Assembly: GCA_964559865.1 (NCBI GenBank)
Contig: CAZLJD010000025.1
Coordinates: 771 to 64,770, forward strand
Direction: 5' to 3'
Origin: an uncultured Synergistota bacterium
GTDB taxonomy: Bacteria > Synergistota > JAGHAJ01
DNA length: 64,000 nucleotides
Part shown: positions 1-9,645 of the stretch, piece after piece
Layout of the letters: each line of letters begins with the position of its first letter
Position numbering within the stretch: position 1 is the stretch's first letter
Made by a program: the position numbers and the translations under genes
The notes under the pieces: generated by a model
The model's database searches: none
Seen by the model: the letters and a program-made list of their open reading frames with translations, nothing else
Told to the model about the DNA's origin: nothing

Positions 1-89
1 AGATCCCGCCAGACTTGTATCAGGCTGTAGCAGAGATATTAGCTTTCGTCTATAATATTAAGCACAAAAGTGTAGCTGAGGTGGTTTAG
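1..89 (+). CDS. flhB: Flagellar export protein FlhB, 3' end (partial)
   Basis: Hand translation from nt 3: IPPDLYQAVAEILAFVYNIKHKSVAEVV*. This is the typical FlhB C-terminus and abuts flhA. Confidence 0.85.
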   Translation, partial: IPPDLYQAVAEILAFVYNIKHKSVAEVV

Positions 90-2153
90 TTGAATAATAC
101 CAATGTTTCTACTAACTATGCGTGGTTGAAGTATAGTGACATCCTGGTAGCAGTTGCTGTTGTGATGATTGTTGTGATGATGGTTATCCCTCTTCCTCCA
201 TATGTGTTGGATGTGCTGATCTCTTTTAACATTACATTCGGAGTTTTATCTCTTTTGATGACATTTTATATAGGTAAACCACTGGATTTCTCGGTCTTCC
301 CTTCTCTTCTGTTAGTGGCTACGCTTTATAGGCTTGCCTTGAACGTTTCTACCACGAGGTCCATACTGCTTCATGCGTATGCAGGTAAGGTAATAGTTGC
401 ATTTGGAAAGTTTGTGGTGGGAGGAAATGTAATAGTAGGTATTATTGTATTTTTGATACTTGTCATAATCCAATTCATAGTTATTACTAAAGGTGCTGAA
501 CGAGTTGCTGAGGTTGCAGCGAGATTTACATTGGATGCTATGCCTGGTAAACAAATGAGCATAGATGCTGATTTGAATGCAGGTTTGATAACGGATGCAG
601 AGGCAAGGGCGAGAAGGGCAGAGATACAGAGAGAGGCGGATTTTTATGGTGCAATGGATGGTGCTTCAAAGTTCGTAAAAGGAGATGCGATAGCAGGTAT
701 CATTATTACCATTGTAAACATAGTGGGTGGATTGTCTGTAGGAGTTTTGCAAAAGGGTATGTCTCTGTCGGAGGCGGTTAGCACTTATACGATATTAACT
801 GTTGGAGATGGATTGTCGGCACAAATTCCAGCTTTGATATTGTCTACTGCTACTGGTATAATAGTTACAAGGGCAGCATCTGAGCATAATCTTGGTAGGG
901 ATCTTGTTAAACAACTTACATCTCAGCCCCGACCGTTATTCATTGCATCTGGAATGTTACTCTTCCTTGGGGCAATTCCGGGGTTGCCCACCTTGCCGTT
1001 TTGGGTGTTGGGAGGGGCAATAGGTGCTTTGGCTTACTCTATGAGAAGAGCAGCGTTAAAAGAGAAAGTGATATCTAAGGAAGAAGCTAAGAAGGTTGAG
1101 GAGAAAAGAAAAGGGCCGGAAGATGTTTCTTCGTTAATACAAGTTGATCCTATGGAAATAGATATAGGATATAGTCTAATACCGCTGGTTGACCCGAAAC
1201 AGGGGGGAGATATGCTTGATAGGATAACGATGATAAGAAGGCAGATGGCGATGGAGATGGGTATAATAGTTCCACCTATAAGGATAAGGGATGATATGCG
1301 GTTGGAGCCAGATGAGTATGTTATAAAGATAAAGGGGGCCGATGTAGGAAGGGCAAAGCTGATGGTAGATCATTTTCTCGCCATGAACCCTGGTATAGCA
1401 GAAGGGGAGATAGAAGGTATCCCTACAACAGAGCCAGCCTTTGGCTTACCTGCAATCTGGATTACGGAGGATGTAAAACACAAGGCGGAGAGCCTTGGTT
1501 ATACAGTGGTAGATCCGCCTTCGGTTATGGCTACTCATCTTACTGAAGTTATAAAGAGGTATGCTGCAGACTTGCTTACGCGCCAGGATGTCAGAAAACT
1601 GATAGATATGGTAAAGGAGAACTATCCGGCAGTGGTAGAGGAAATGTCAAAAGTACTGGAGGTAGGGGATGTTCAGAAGGTGCTTCAGAATTTACTCAAA
1701 GAAGGAGTTCCTATTAAGGACATGGTTACGATACTCGAAACGCTTACGGATTATGCTAAGGTAACGAATGATGTTATACTTCTAACGGAATATGTAAGGG
1801 CTTCTTTGGCAAGACACATAACGCAGTTGTATCAATCTCCAGATGGGGTTATACGGGTTATAACGCTTTCTCCGGATGTGGAAGAGGCTGTAGCGTCTGG
1901 TGTTAGCAGAACAGAAACGGGTGTTAACATAGCTATTGAGCCTGCGCTGGCTTCGAAAATAGTTAATAGTCTGGCTAAGGTCATAGAGGATGTTGCGTCT
2001 AAAGGGATTCAACCGATAGTGCTGTGTAGCCCAAAGATAAGATATTATTTCAAGGTGTTCGTACAGCATAATTTCCCAACACTTGTTGTCCTTTCTTATA
2101 ATGAAATTTCTCCGACTGCAAAGGTTGAATCTGTTGGAGTGGTGACGCTGTGA
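90..2153 (+). CDS. flhA: Flagellar biosynthesis protein FlhA
   Basis: FHIPEP motifs RFTLDAMPGKQMSIDADL and FYGAMDGASKFVKGD; 687 aa; TTG start. Confidence 0.98.
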   Translation: MNNTNVSTNYAWLKYSDILVAVAVVMIVVMMVIPLPPYVLDVLISFNITFGVLSLLMTFYIGKPLDFSVFPSLLLVATLYRLALNVSTTRSILLHAYAGKVIVAFGKFVVGGNVIVGIIVFLILVIIQFIVITKGAERVAEVAARFTLDAMPGKQMSIDADLNAGLITDAEARARRAEIQREADFYGAMDGASKFVKGDAIAGIIITIVNIVGGLSVGVLQKGMSLSEAVSTYTILTVGDGLSAQIPALILSTATGIIVTRAASEHNLGRDLVKQLTSQPRPLFIASGMLLFLGAIPGLPTLPFWVLGGAIGALAYSMRRAALKEKVISKEEAKKVEEKRKGPEDVSSLIQVDPMEIDIGYSLIPLVDPKQGGDMLDRITMIRRQMAMEMGIIVPPIRIRDDMRLEPDEYVIKIKGADVGRAKLMVDHFLAMNPGIAEGEIEGIPTTEPAFGLPAIWITEDVKHKAESLGYTVVDPPSVMATHLTEVIKRYAADLLTRQDVRKLIDMVKENYPAVVEEMSKVLEVGDVQKVLQNLLKEGVPIKDMVTILETLTDYAKVTNDVILLTEYVRASLARHITQLYQSPDGVIRVITLSPDVEEAVASGVSRTETGVNIAIEPALASKIVNSLAKVIEDVASKGIQPIVLCSPKIRYYFKVFVQHNFPTLVVLSYNEISPTAKVESVGVVTL

Positions 2154-3340
2154 TGAAGTTTGCAAAGAAGCGCATATTTATAGCCAATACCGAATCTGAG
2201 GCGGTGAGAATGGCTAAGGAGAGTTTGGGTAGCAAGGCTGTTATTATATCCTCCCGCAAGATAAAGAAGGGTGGTTTCTTGGGGCTTTTTGCTAAAAGAA
2301 TGGTGGAAGTTACTGCGGGCGTGCCAGTAGAGGAGGAAAAGAAGAAAGGGGTGGATTTTGATATATTGGCACAGCTTATTGCAAGGAGAAAGGCGGAGGC
2401 AGATCTCGTACCGGGAAATGGTAGTGCTCAAAACAATGATCTTGCTTTACAGATACAAGAGATGAAGGATATGATTGCTACTTTCATAGAGCATTCGCTT
2501 CCATCAAAAGGTGGAGACATGTTTTTCAATACATTGCCACAATCCTTGAAGGGGTTGTATAGCAAGATGCTTGAGAATGAGGTAAATGAGGAAACTGTCA
2601 GAGAGATATTTGGGGAGTTTCTGAAAGAGATCCCCAAAGATGACAAGCTTGAGGATAGAGACGAGATAATAAATAAACTCCTTGAACATGTCAGTAAGAG
2701 GATACCTGTCTCTGGTCCTATAGAGGTAAATGAGAGTAAGGTGCCTATGGTGGTAGTTATGGTTGGTCCTACAGGGGTTGGAAAGACTACCACTATTGCC
2801 AAGTTGGCTGCTATTTATACACTCTACGAGAGAAAGGATGTTGCGCTTGTAACTGCGGATACTTATAGGATAGCTGCAGTAGAACAATTGAAGACTTATG
2901 GTAAAATTATAGGTATACCTGTGGAAGTGGTTTTTACTCCCCAGGAAATAAGGCAAGCAGTGGAGGAACACATGGATGCTGACCTCATTCTGATTGATAC
3001 AGCAGGTAGAAGTCAGCATGACGAGATGAAAATGTCTGAACTTAAGGCATATATTGAAGGAGCAGAACCAACTGAGACTCATCTCGTTTTAAGTGCCACT
3101 ACGAAGTATAAAGACTTAGAGGATGCAGTTGAGAGGTTTAGTTGTGTTCCTCTTGATAAGTTTGTTTTCACGAAGTTGGATGAAACTACGACCTTTGGTA
3201 ACATATTGAACATAGTTGTGAAGTATAAGTACCCATTGTCCTATATAACGAATGGGCAGAATGTTCCTAACGACATAGAAGTTGCAGATTCGATGAAAAT
3301 AGCAAGAGGACTTCTCGGGATGGAAGTATTCCATAGTTAG
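2150..3340 (+). CDS. flhF: SRP-type GTPase FlhF
   Basis: GPTGVGKTTTIAKLAA, DTYRIAAVEQL, DTAGRS, TKLDET; follows flhA. Confidence 0.97.
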   Translation: MMKFAKKRIFIANTESEAVRMAKESLGSKAVIISSRKIKKGGFLGLFAKRMVEVTAGVPVEEEKKKGVDFDILAQLIARRKAEADLVPGNGSAQNNDLALQIQEMKDMIATFIEHSLPSKGGDMFFNTLPQSLKGLYSKMLENEVNEETVREIFGEFLKEIPKDDKLEDRDEIINKLLEHVSKRIPVSGPIEVNESKVPMVVVMVGPTGVGKTTTIAKLAAIYTLYERKDVALVTADTYRIAAVEQLKTYGKIIGIPVEVVFTPQEIRQAVEEHMDADLILIDTAGRSQHDEMKMSELKAYIEGAEPTETHLVLSATTKYKDLEDAVERFSCVPLDKFVFTKLDETTTFGNILNIVVKYKYPLSYITNGQNVPNDIEVADSMKIARGLLGMEVFHS

Positions 3341-3351
3341 GGGAGTTTCAG

Positions 3352-4251
3352 ATGGTGGATCAGGCACAACAATTGAGAAATTTGGTTAAGAAGTCCAATA
3401 AGGTACCGTTCAAGCGTGAGCAGTTTAAGGTAAACTTGTCGAGGGTTATAGCAGTTGCAAGTGGTAAGGGTGGTGTTGGTAAGACGAACTTTGTTGCTAA
3501 TGTAGGTATTACCATGTCTCGGCTTGGGAAAAGGGTAATTATAGTGGATGCTGACTTGGGGCTTGCAAATGTTGACCTTGTTTTTGGTATTAGTTCAAAG
3601 TATCATTTGGGGCATGTGATATCTGGTGAGAAGAAACTTAGTGAGATAGTCATTGATGCGCCTGAGGGAGTAAAGATTGTTGCGGGTGGTGCGGGTATAG
3701 CAGAGCTTGCTAATATGAGTGATGCAGATAGGGTTAGGTTTATAGGAAGCTTAGGAGAGCTTGAGGATATGGCTGATATAATTCTGATAGACACGAGTGC
3801 AGGTATATCTAACAATGTTCTGGGTTTTGTCTTAGCAGCCGATGAAGTCGTTATAATCACAACCACCGAACCTACGGCTATAAGAGATGCCTATGGTGTC
3901 ATAAAGGTGCTTGCAAGAGAGGGTAGAGAGGTAGATATGAAGCTTGTGGTTAATATGGTTGACGATGAGGAAGAGGCGGAAGATGTAGCAAACAGGATAA
4001 AGATGGTTGTCAGTCAGTTTCTTGGCTCCAACATAGAGTATATTGGTTACATACTCAGAGATAGCAGTGTGCAGCGGGCGGTTTTGCAGTCGGAGCCTTT
4101 TGCTATTGCGTTTCCTAAGGCAAAGGCGACGAGATGTGTTGCTGATATAGCTGGTAAGTTGGTGCACCTTGAGAGCGAGGGGCGTGCGCGAGGAAAGGGG
4201 ATTAAGTCATTCTTGTTTAGATTACTGCGACTCAATACCAGGGGGAAATAG
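3352..4251 (+). CDS. flhG: MinD-like ATPase FlhG/FleN
   Basis: SGKGGVGKT deviant Walker A, DADLGLAN; follows flhF. Confidence 0.93.
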   Translation: MVDQAQQLRNLVKKSNKVPFKREQFKVNLSRVIAVASGKGGVGKTNFVANVGITMSRLGKRVIIVDADLGLANVDLVFGISSKYHLGHVISGEKKLSEIVIDAPEGVKIVAGGAGIAELANMSDADRVRFIGSLGELEDMADIILIDTSAGISNNVLGFVLAADEVVIITTTEPTAIRDAYGVIKVLAREGREVDMKLVVNMVDDEEEAEDVANRIKMVVSQFLGSNIEYIGYILRDSSVQRAVLQSEPFAIAFPKAKATRCVADIAGKLVHLESEGRARGKGIKSFLFRLLRLNTRGK

Positions 4252-4260
4252 TTCATCGAC

Positions 4261-4938
4261 ATGGAAATATCTAAGCTTTTGAGACCGGGAAACAAAGTGT
4301 GGCTGGAGGTCCTTGGGGGAAATTACAAAGGTAGTTATCCGAGTGTAGTGGAGGGTGTGAGGGACGATGTCATAGTGGTGGGGCATCCCTTTATAAAGAG
4401 TGCGTTGCTACCGTTAGCACATGGGACAAAGGTCAGGGTTACATTTAAGGGGAAAGGAGCCCTTTATACCTTTGAGAGCAGGGTAAAGGGAAGAGGAAGT
4501 GAAGGTATCTTTGTTTTATACCTGGAGTTACCAGAAAAGGTAGACAGGATCCAGAGAAGGAGGTTTGTTAGGTTAGAGACAATATTGCCTTTTTACTATA
4601 AGGCCAACAGTGAAGATAAGTACAGAAGCGGTATAATAAAGGATATAAGTGGCTCTGGTATAAGGGCAGTTGTCGATAAAGATGTCAATGTAGGTGATAC
4701 ATTGTATGTGTTCATTGATCTTTATGGAAAGAGTAAACCCAATAAAGTGGTAGATGTAACTGGAGTGATATCAGTAAAAGCAAATGTTGTCAGGCAGGTT
4801 ATAAATCCAAGTTTTGATGATAAGAGGAGAAAGGAAGTAGGTATGGAGTTTGTGGAGATATCTGAAAGGGACAGACAGAAGATAGTGAGATTTATATTTG
4901 AGAAGGAAAGGTTATCACGGCAGAAGGGGTTGTTGTAG
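4261..4938 (+). CDS. YcgR-like flagellar brake protein with PilZ domain
   Basis: QRRRFVR and DISGSG c-di-GMP-binding PilZ motifs. Confidence 0.9.
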   Translation: MEISKLLRPGNKVWLEVLGGNYKGSYPSVVEGVRDDVIVVGHPFIKSALLPLAHGTKVRVTFKGKGALYTFESRVKGRGSEGIFVLYLELPEKVDRIQRRRFVRLETILPFYYKANSEDKYRSGIIKDISGSGIRAVVDKDVNVGDTLYVFIDLYGKSKPNKVVDVTGVISVKANVVRQVINPSFDDKRRKEVGMEFVEISERDRQKIVRFIFEKERLSRQKGLL

Positions 4939-4939
4939 G

Positions 4940-5995
4940 TTGTCGAAGATTAAAGTAATGGTAGTTGATGATTCTGCATTTATGAGGAAAGTTATAAGGG
5001 ATATGCTTGAGGAAGATCCAGATATTGAGGTTGTGGCTACGGCAAGAGATGGTATGGATGCCATAAAGAAGCTGGTTGATATAAGGCCAGATGTGATTAC
5101 ATTGGATTTGGAAATGCCACGCCTTAACGGTCTGGATACATTGGGTTACATAATGAGTGAGGTTCCGACCCCTGTAATAATGTTGAGTAGCTATACCCAA
5201 GAGGGGGCTGAAGCTACTTTAAAGGCTTTGGATTATGGGGCGGTAGATTTTGTTCCTAAACCTTCGGGACCTGTTTCTATGGACATAAGGAAGGTAAAAG
5301 ATGAGCTGATAAGGAAGATAAAGTCTGCTGTTGGTATTAACCTTAGTATGATAAAGTTTAAAGAAGTTTCTCCCGTTAAAAGAAGAAAGGAAACCCGAAG
5401 GGAGATCCCTTACCTTAAGAGTGCAGAGAAGATACTGGTTATAGGAACTTCTACAGGTGGACCGCGTGCCCTTCAAGAAGTTGTTCCCAAGATTCCCGCA
5501 GATATAGACTCAGGGATATTGATTGTACAACATATGCCCCCTAAGTTTACAAAGTCACTTGCAGAGAGGTTAGATTCTTTGTCTGAACTTGTAGTGAAGG
5601 AAGCAGAAGATGGTGATAGGATTTCACCTGGGGTTGCGCTTGTTGCACCCGGGGACTACCATATGGTTTTGGAGAGAGGTGATGGGGAGTTTAGAGTAAG
5701 AAATGTAAAGACGCCTCCTATAGGGAAGCTTAGGCCAGCGGTTGATGTTACGATGTTGTCTGTTGCAGAGGTCTGGAATGGTTTTATTGTTGGTGTTATA
5801 ATGACAGGTATGGGGAAAGATGGGGCGAAGGGTATGTTGATGATAAAGAAGAGAGGTGGTAAAACCATAGTTGAGGATAAATCTACGTGCGTTGTGTACG
5901 GTATGCCAAGAGCTGTTGTAGAGATAGGAGCTGCTGATATAATAGTTCCTCTCTATGAAATTCCAAAGAAGATAGTTGAGGTTATAAAAAGCTGA
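4940..5995 (+). CDS. cheB: Chemotaxis response regulator methylesterase CheB
   Basis: Receiver domain (VDDS, TLDLEMP) plus GTSTGGP, QHMP and GMGKDG motifs. Start moved to the TTG at 4940, just after the upstream stop. Confidence 0.96.
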   Translation: MSKIKVMVVDDSAFMRKVIRDMLEEDPDIEVVATARDGMDAIKKLVDIRPDVITLDLEMPRLNGLDTLGYIMSEVPTPVIMLSSYTQEGAEATLKALDYGAVDFVPKPSGPVSMDIRKVKDELIRKIKSAVGINLSMIKFKEVSPVKRRKETRREIPYLKSAEKILVIGTSTGGPRALQEVVPKIPADIDSGILIVQHMPPKFTKSLAERLDSLSELVVKEAEDGDRISPGVALVAPGDYHMVLERGDGEFRVRNVKTPPIGKLRPAVDVTMLSVAEVWNGFIVGVIMTGMGKDGAKGMLMIKKRGGKTIVEDKSTCVVYGMPRAVVEIGAADIIVPLYEIPKKIVEVIKS

Positions 5996-6009
5996 AGGGG
6001 GGAAAAGGT

Positions 6010-8100
6010 ATGGGAATGGACCTTTCTCAGTATATGGATACATATCTGGAGGAGTCTGCTGATCAGCTTCAGAGACTTAATGAATTATTGTTAGATTTGG
6101 AAAAGTCTCCATCAGAACTTTCTATATTGAATGAGGTTTTTAGGGTTGCGCATACATTAAAAGGTATGTCTGCTACGATGGGGTTTAACAACATTGCAGA
6201 GCTTACCCACCAGATGGAGAATGTGTTGGATGCTTTGAGGAATGGGAATATAACCGTTACTTCTGATATACTTGATACTTTGTTTGAATGTTTAGACATG
6301 TTGGAGGTTCTTACGAATGAGGTGAGAGAGAAGGGTAAGGATGAAAGTAGCGTTGACGATGTGGTGGCTAAACTCAAAGCTATACTCTCTGGTGAGGAGG
6401 AAATGGGCGAGCCAGAGCCGATTCACGAGGTTTCGCAGACAGAAAGCGCCATTCAGCCTTCTGCTGGGGGGAAAGTAGATATTGAACTTGATGAACACGA
6501 TGTTGCAGTGATAAAGGAGGCACTTAGTAGGAAGTTTAATGTTTATAAGATAAAGGTAGTTTTGGATGAAAAGACGATGTTGAAATCGGCGAGATCTTAC
6601 ATGGTATTCAGAGACTTAGAGCAATTGGGGGATATAATAAAATCTGTGCCACCAGTGAAGGACATAGAAGAAGAAAAATTTGACTTTGAGTTCAGCTTGG
6701 TGCTTATAACTAAGGAAAGCAAGGAGGAAGTTAGGAATGTCGTTAGCTCTATTGCGGAAGTGAAGGAGGTTGTGGTAGAAGAAGTTATTGTCTCAGAGAA
6801 AGTAGAAGGAGGTTCGGAAACACCGGCGACAGCTAAAGTTGAACCAGCTAAGGAAGAAACAGCCGCTCCTCAGACAATTGAGAAAGATGTGAAGAAAACC
6901 AAGGAAACCAAGAAGGTAGACAAGGCAAAGCTTCTTATGAATAAATTGAAAGGCATGCATACGATAAGGGTTGATATAAAAAGGGTAGATGCGTTGATGA
7001 ACTTGGTTGGGGAGCTGGTTATAAATAAGACACGTTTGGCTCAAATAGGAACTACATACAGAATACCGGAACTTGATGAAACGCTTACTCAGATAGGTAG
7101 GATTACGAGTGATCTACAGACAGTAGTTATGAAGATAAGAATGGTCCCTGTAGAGCAGGTGTTCGACAAATTTCCACGTATGGTCAGGGATTTGGCGAGG
7201 GAAGAAGGGAAAGAGATTGAGTTTATTATAGAAGGTAAGGATACGGAGTTAGACCGTACAGTAATAGATGAAATAGGAGACCCCCTCGTTCACCTTTTGA
7301 GGAACTCTATAGATCACGGCATTGAGAGACCTGAAGAAAGGGAGGCCATGGGAAAGGATCGTAAAGGTAGGTTGTATCTTGGTGCCAGGCATGAAGGAAA
7401 TCATGTTGTTATAGAGGTAGAAGATGATGGTAGGGGGATAAGTGTTGAGAAAGTCAAACAGAAAGCAATAGAAAGGGGTATAATTACAGAGGAAGATGCT
7501 GAGAGGATGAGCAAGGATGAGATAATAGAACTAATAACCTTACCTGGATTTAGTACGGCTGATCAGATCTCTGAGGTTTCTGGTAGGGGAGTTGGTATGG
7601 ATGTCGTTAGAACTACTGTGGAGTCGTTGAATGGTTCTATGGAGCTCTATACAGAAGAGGGGAAAGGAACAAGGGTTGTAATAAAGTTACCGCTGACATT
7701 GGCAATAATACAGGCACTTCTCACCAGTGTGGGAGGCGAGATATACGCCATTCCACTTGAAAGCATAGATGAGACGCTCAGTATAGTGAGGAGTGACATA
7801 AAAACTGTGCAGAATAGAGAGGTTATTGTGCTTCGTGGCAATATACTTCCTCTAATATGGTTGCATGAGAAACTTGACATTACGGAGGGAGATTACCGTG
7901 ATAGAGATGAGTATGCAATAGTGGTAGTTAAGGGTAAGGGGAGGAGAGCAGGTCTTGTGGTGGACAATCTTATAGGACAGCAAGAGATTGTTATAAAGTC
8001 ACTTGGATACTTCCTGAGAGGAATAAAAGGAATTGCAGGAGCCAACATCCTTGGTGATGGTACTGTTGCCCTTATATTGGATGTAATGGCGTTCTTGTGA
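6010..8100 (+). CDS. cheA: Chemotaxis histidine kinase CheA
   Basis: Hpt FRVAHTLKGM, P2 domain, HLLRNSIDHG, SGRGVGMDVV, C-terminal CheW-like domain. Confidence 0.98.
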   Translation: MGMDLSQYMDTYLEESADQLQRLNELLLDLEKSPSELSILNEVFRVAHTLKGMSATMGFNNIAELTHQMENVLDALRNGNITVTSDILDTLFECLDMLEVLTNEVREKGKDESSVDDVVAKLKAILSGEEEMGEPEPIHEVSQTESAIQPSAGGKVDIELDEHDVAVIKEALSRKFNVYKIKVVLDEKTMLKSARSYMVFRDLEQLGDIIKSVPPVKDIEEEKFDFEFSLVLITKESKEEVRNVVSSIAEVKEVVVEEVIVSEKVEGGSETPATAKVEPAKEETAAPQTIEKDVKKTKETKKVDKAKLLMNKLKGMHTIRVDIKRVDALMNLVGELVINKTRLAQIGTTYRIPELDETLTQIGRITSDLQTVVMKIRMVPVEQVFDKFPRMVRDLAREEGKEIEFIIEGKDTELDRTVIDEIGDPLVHLLRNSIDHGIERPEEREAMGKDRKGRLYLGARHEGNHVVIEVEDDGRGISVEKVKQKAIERGIITEEDAERMSKDEIIELITLPGFSTADQISEVSGRGVGMDVVRTTVESLNGSMELYTEEGKGTRVVIKLPLTLAIIQALLTSVGGEIYAIPLESIDETLSIVRSDIKTVQNREVIVLRGNILPLIWLHEKLDITEGDYRDRDEYAIVVVKGKGRRAGLVVDNLIGQQEIVIKSLGYFLRGIKGIAGANILGDGTVALILDVMAFL

Positions 8101-8127
8101 TAAATTCTTGAAGGGAGAGAGTGGAAG

Positions 8128-8748
8128 ATGTTGGACAATCTTTCTGAAAAGGAGCTGGATGCTTTAAAAGAGATTGGTAATATAGGAGCAGGCAATGCGG
8201 CTACAGCTCTTTATCAAATTTTGGGTATGAAGATCGATATGACGGTCCCTCGTGCATCTATAATTCCTTTGCAGGAAGTCCCTGAAGTGCTTGGAGGTCC
8301 TGATGTCTTGGTTATAGGAGTGTACCTTCGAGTATTAGGGGATGCCTCTGGTAGTATATTGTTTGTAATGCCTAAAGATAGTGCATTTTATCTTGTAGAT
8401 TTGTTGATGGGGAAACCTGCTGGTGATACGCAAGTTTTGGGTGAGATTGAGGAGTCAGCACTAAAGGAGATAGGTAACATTATATCGGGGGCATACTTGA
8501 ATGCGCTATCGCAGTTTACGAACATAAGCTTCATTCCAAGTGTTCCAGCGCTGGCATTTGATATGGCAGGTGCTATATTGGATGTTATCCTTGCGGAACT
8601 TGGTCAGCTTGGGGATTATGCCCTGTTGGTGGAAACCCAGTTCTTAGGGGGTGGAGATGGAGGGAGTATAACTGGTCAATACTTTTTGATACCAGACCCA
8701 GATTCACTTGGCACCATACTTGAAGCTATTGGGGTGAAATCTAAATGA
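8128..8748 (+). CDS. cheC: CheY-P phosphatase CheC
   Basis: Two E-x-G-N motifs (LKEIGNIGAG, LKEIGNIISG). Confidence 0.93.
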   Translation: MLDNLSEKELDALKEIGNIGAGNAATALYQILGMKIDMTVPRASIIPLQEVPEVLGGPDVLVIGVYLRVLGDASGSILFVMPKDSAFYLVDLLMGKPAGDTQVLGEIEESALKEIGNIISGAYLNALSQFTNISFIPSVPALAFDMAGAILDVILAELGQLGDYALLVETQFLGGGDGGSITGQYFLIPDPDSLGTILEAIGVKSK

Positions 8749-9233
8749 GTGGCAATCTTATTAAGGTAGGTATGGCGGATTTGAATGCGGCTAAATCTCC
8801 AGCGTCACTTATCACATATGGACTGGGCTCGTGTGTGGGTGTTACGCTGTATGATGAGAGGGTAAAGGTTGGCGGATTGGCTCATATTATGCTCCCGGAT
8901 AGCAAAGCTGCTAAGGAAGTGGGGAATCCCGCAAAGTTTGCAGATACGGCTATACCTATACTTATAGAGAAGATGGAAAAACTGGGTGCTTCCAAGGGGA
9001 GAATGGTGGCTAAGATTGCGGGCGGGGCACAGATGTTTAGCTTTAGTAAGCAGGATCCTAAAAAGAGTATAGGACAAAGAAATGCTGAGGCGGTGAGGGA
9101 AAAACTGAAGGAAGAGGGTATACCAATAGTGGTAGATGAAACTGGAGGAAACTTTGGTAGGACGATAATACTTCATACAGATACAGGCATATTGGAAATC
9201 AAGACCATTGGACATGGAGTGAAGGAGTTGTAA
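8745..9233 (+). CDS. cheD: Chemoreceptor glutamine deamidase CheD
   Basis: GLGSCVG, AHIMLP, KFADTA, AKIAGGAQMF. Confidence 0.96.
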   Translation: MSGNLIKVGMADLNAAKSPASLITYGLGSCVGVTLYDERVKVGGLAHIMLPDSKAAKEVGNPAKFADTAIPILIEKMEKLGASKGRMVAKIAGGAQMFSFSKQDPKKSIGQRNAEAVREKLKEEGIPIVVDETGGNFGRTIILHTDTGILEIKTIGHGVKEL

Positions 9234-9236
9234 ATA

Positions 9237-9635
9237 TTGTTTTTTTTGTGGGCAGTTCTGGGTTTTGGTGTGGTGGGGGGAAGTATAACTGTAATAGTCT
9301 CGTTTCTCTCGCCGGTTAGGATTGATGGGGTAGTGTACAGAGGTATCATTGGTTTTTTTGTTTTTTGTGGGGTTGGAGCTTTTGTTATGTTTGTTCTTAA
9401 GGTTAATAAGGTGTTTGATGTTTGGATGGGAGAAAAAGGTGTGAAATTAGATGTGTTAGAAAGTTCGGATTCGGTGGATATGCTTAAAGATGTGATGCAG
9501 AAGGAAGTAGTCGAGGATGAGGGTAAACTCGAGGAAGAAGAAAAGGCACCAACTGAGAAGATGGTGTTGGAATATGCAGAAAAGCATCCAGAGGAGGTAG
9601 CCAAGGTGTTGGAACAGATGTCTGAGAGTGGATAG
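9237..9635 (+). CDS. Hypothetical two-TM protein with acidic cytoplasmic tail
   Basis: Two N-terminal hydrophobic segments; sits inside the operon between cheD and the next gene. Confidence 0.7.
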   Translation: MFFLWAVLGFGVVGGSITVIVSFLSPVRIDGVVYRGIIGFFVFCGVGAFVMFVLKVNKVFDVWMGEKGVKLDVLESSDSVDMLKDVMQKEVVEDEGKLEEEEKAPTEKMVLEYAEKHPEEVAKVLEQMSESG

Positions 9636-9645
9636 GTGATGTGAG

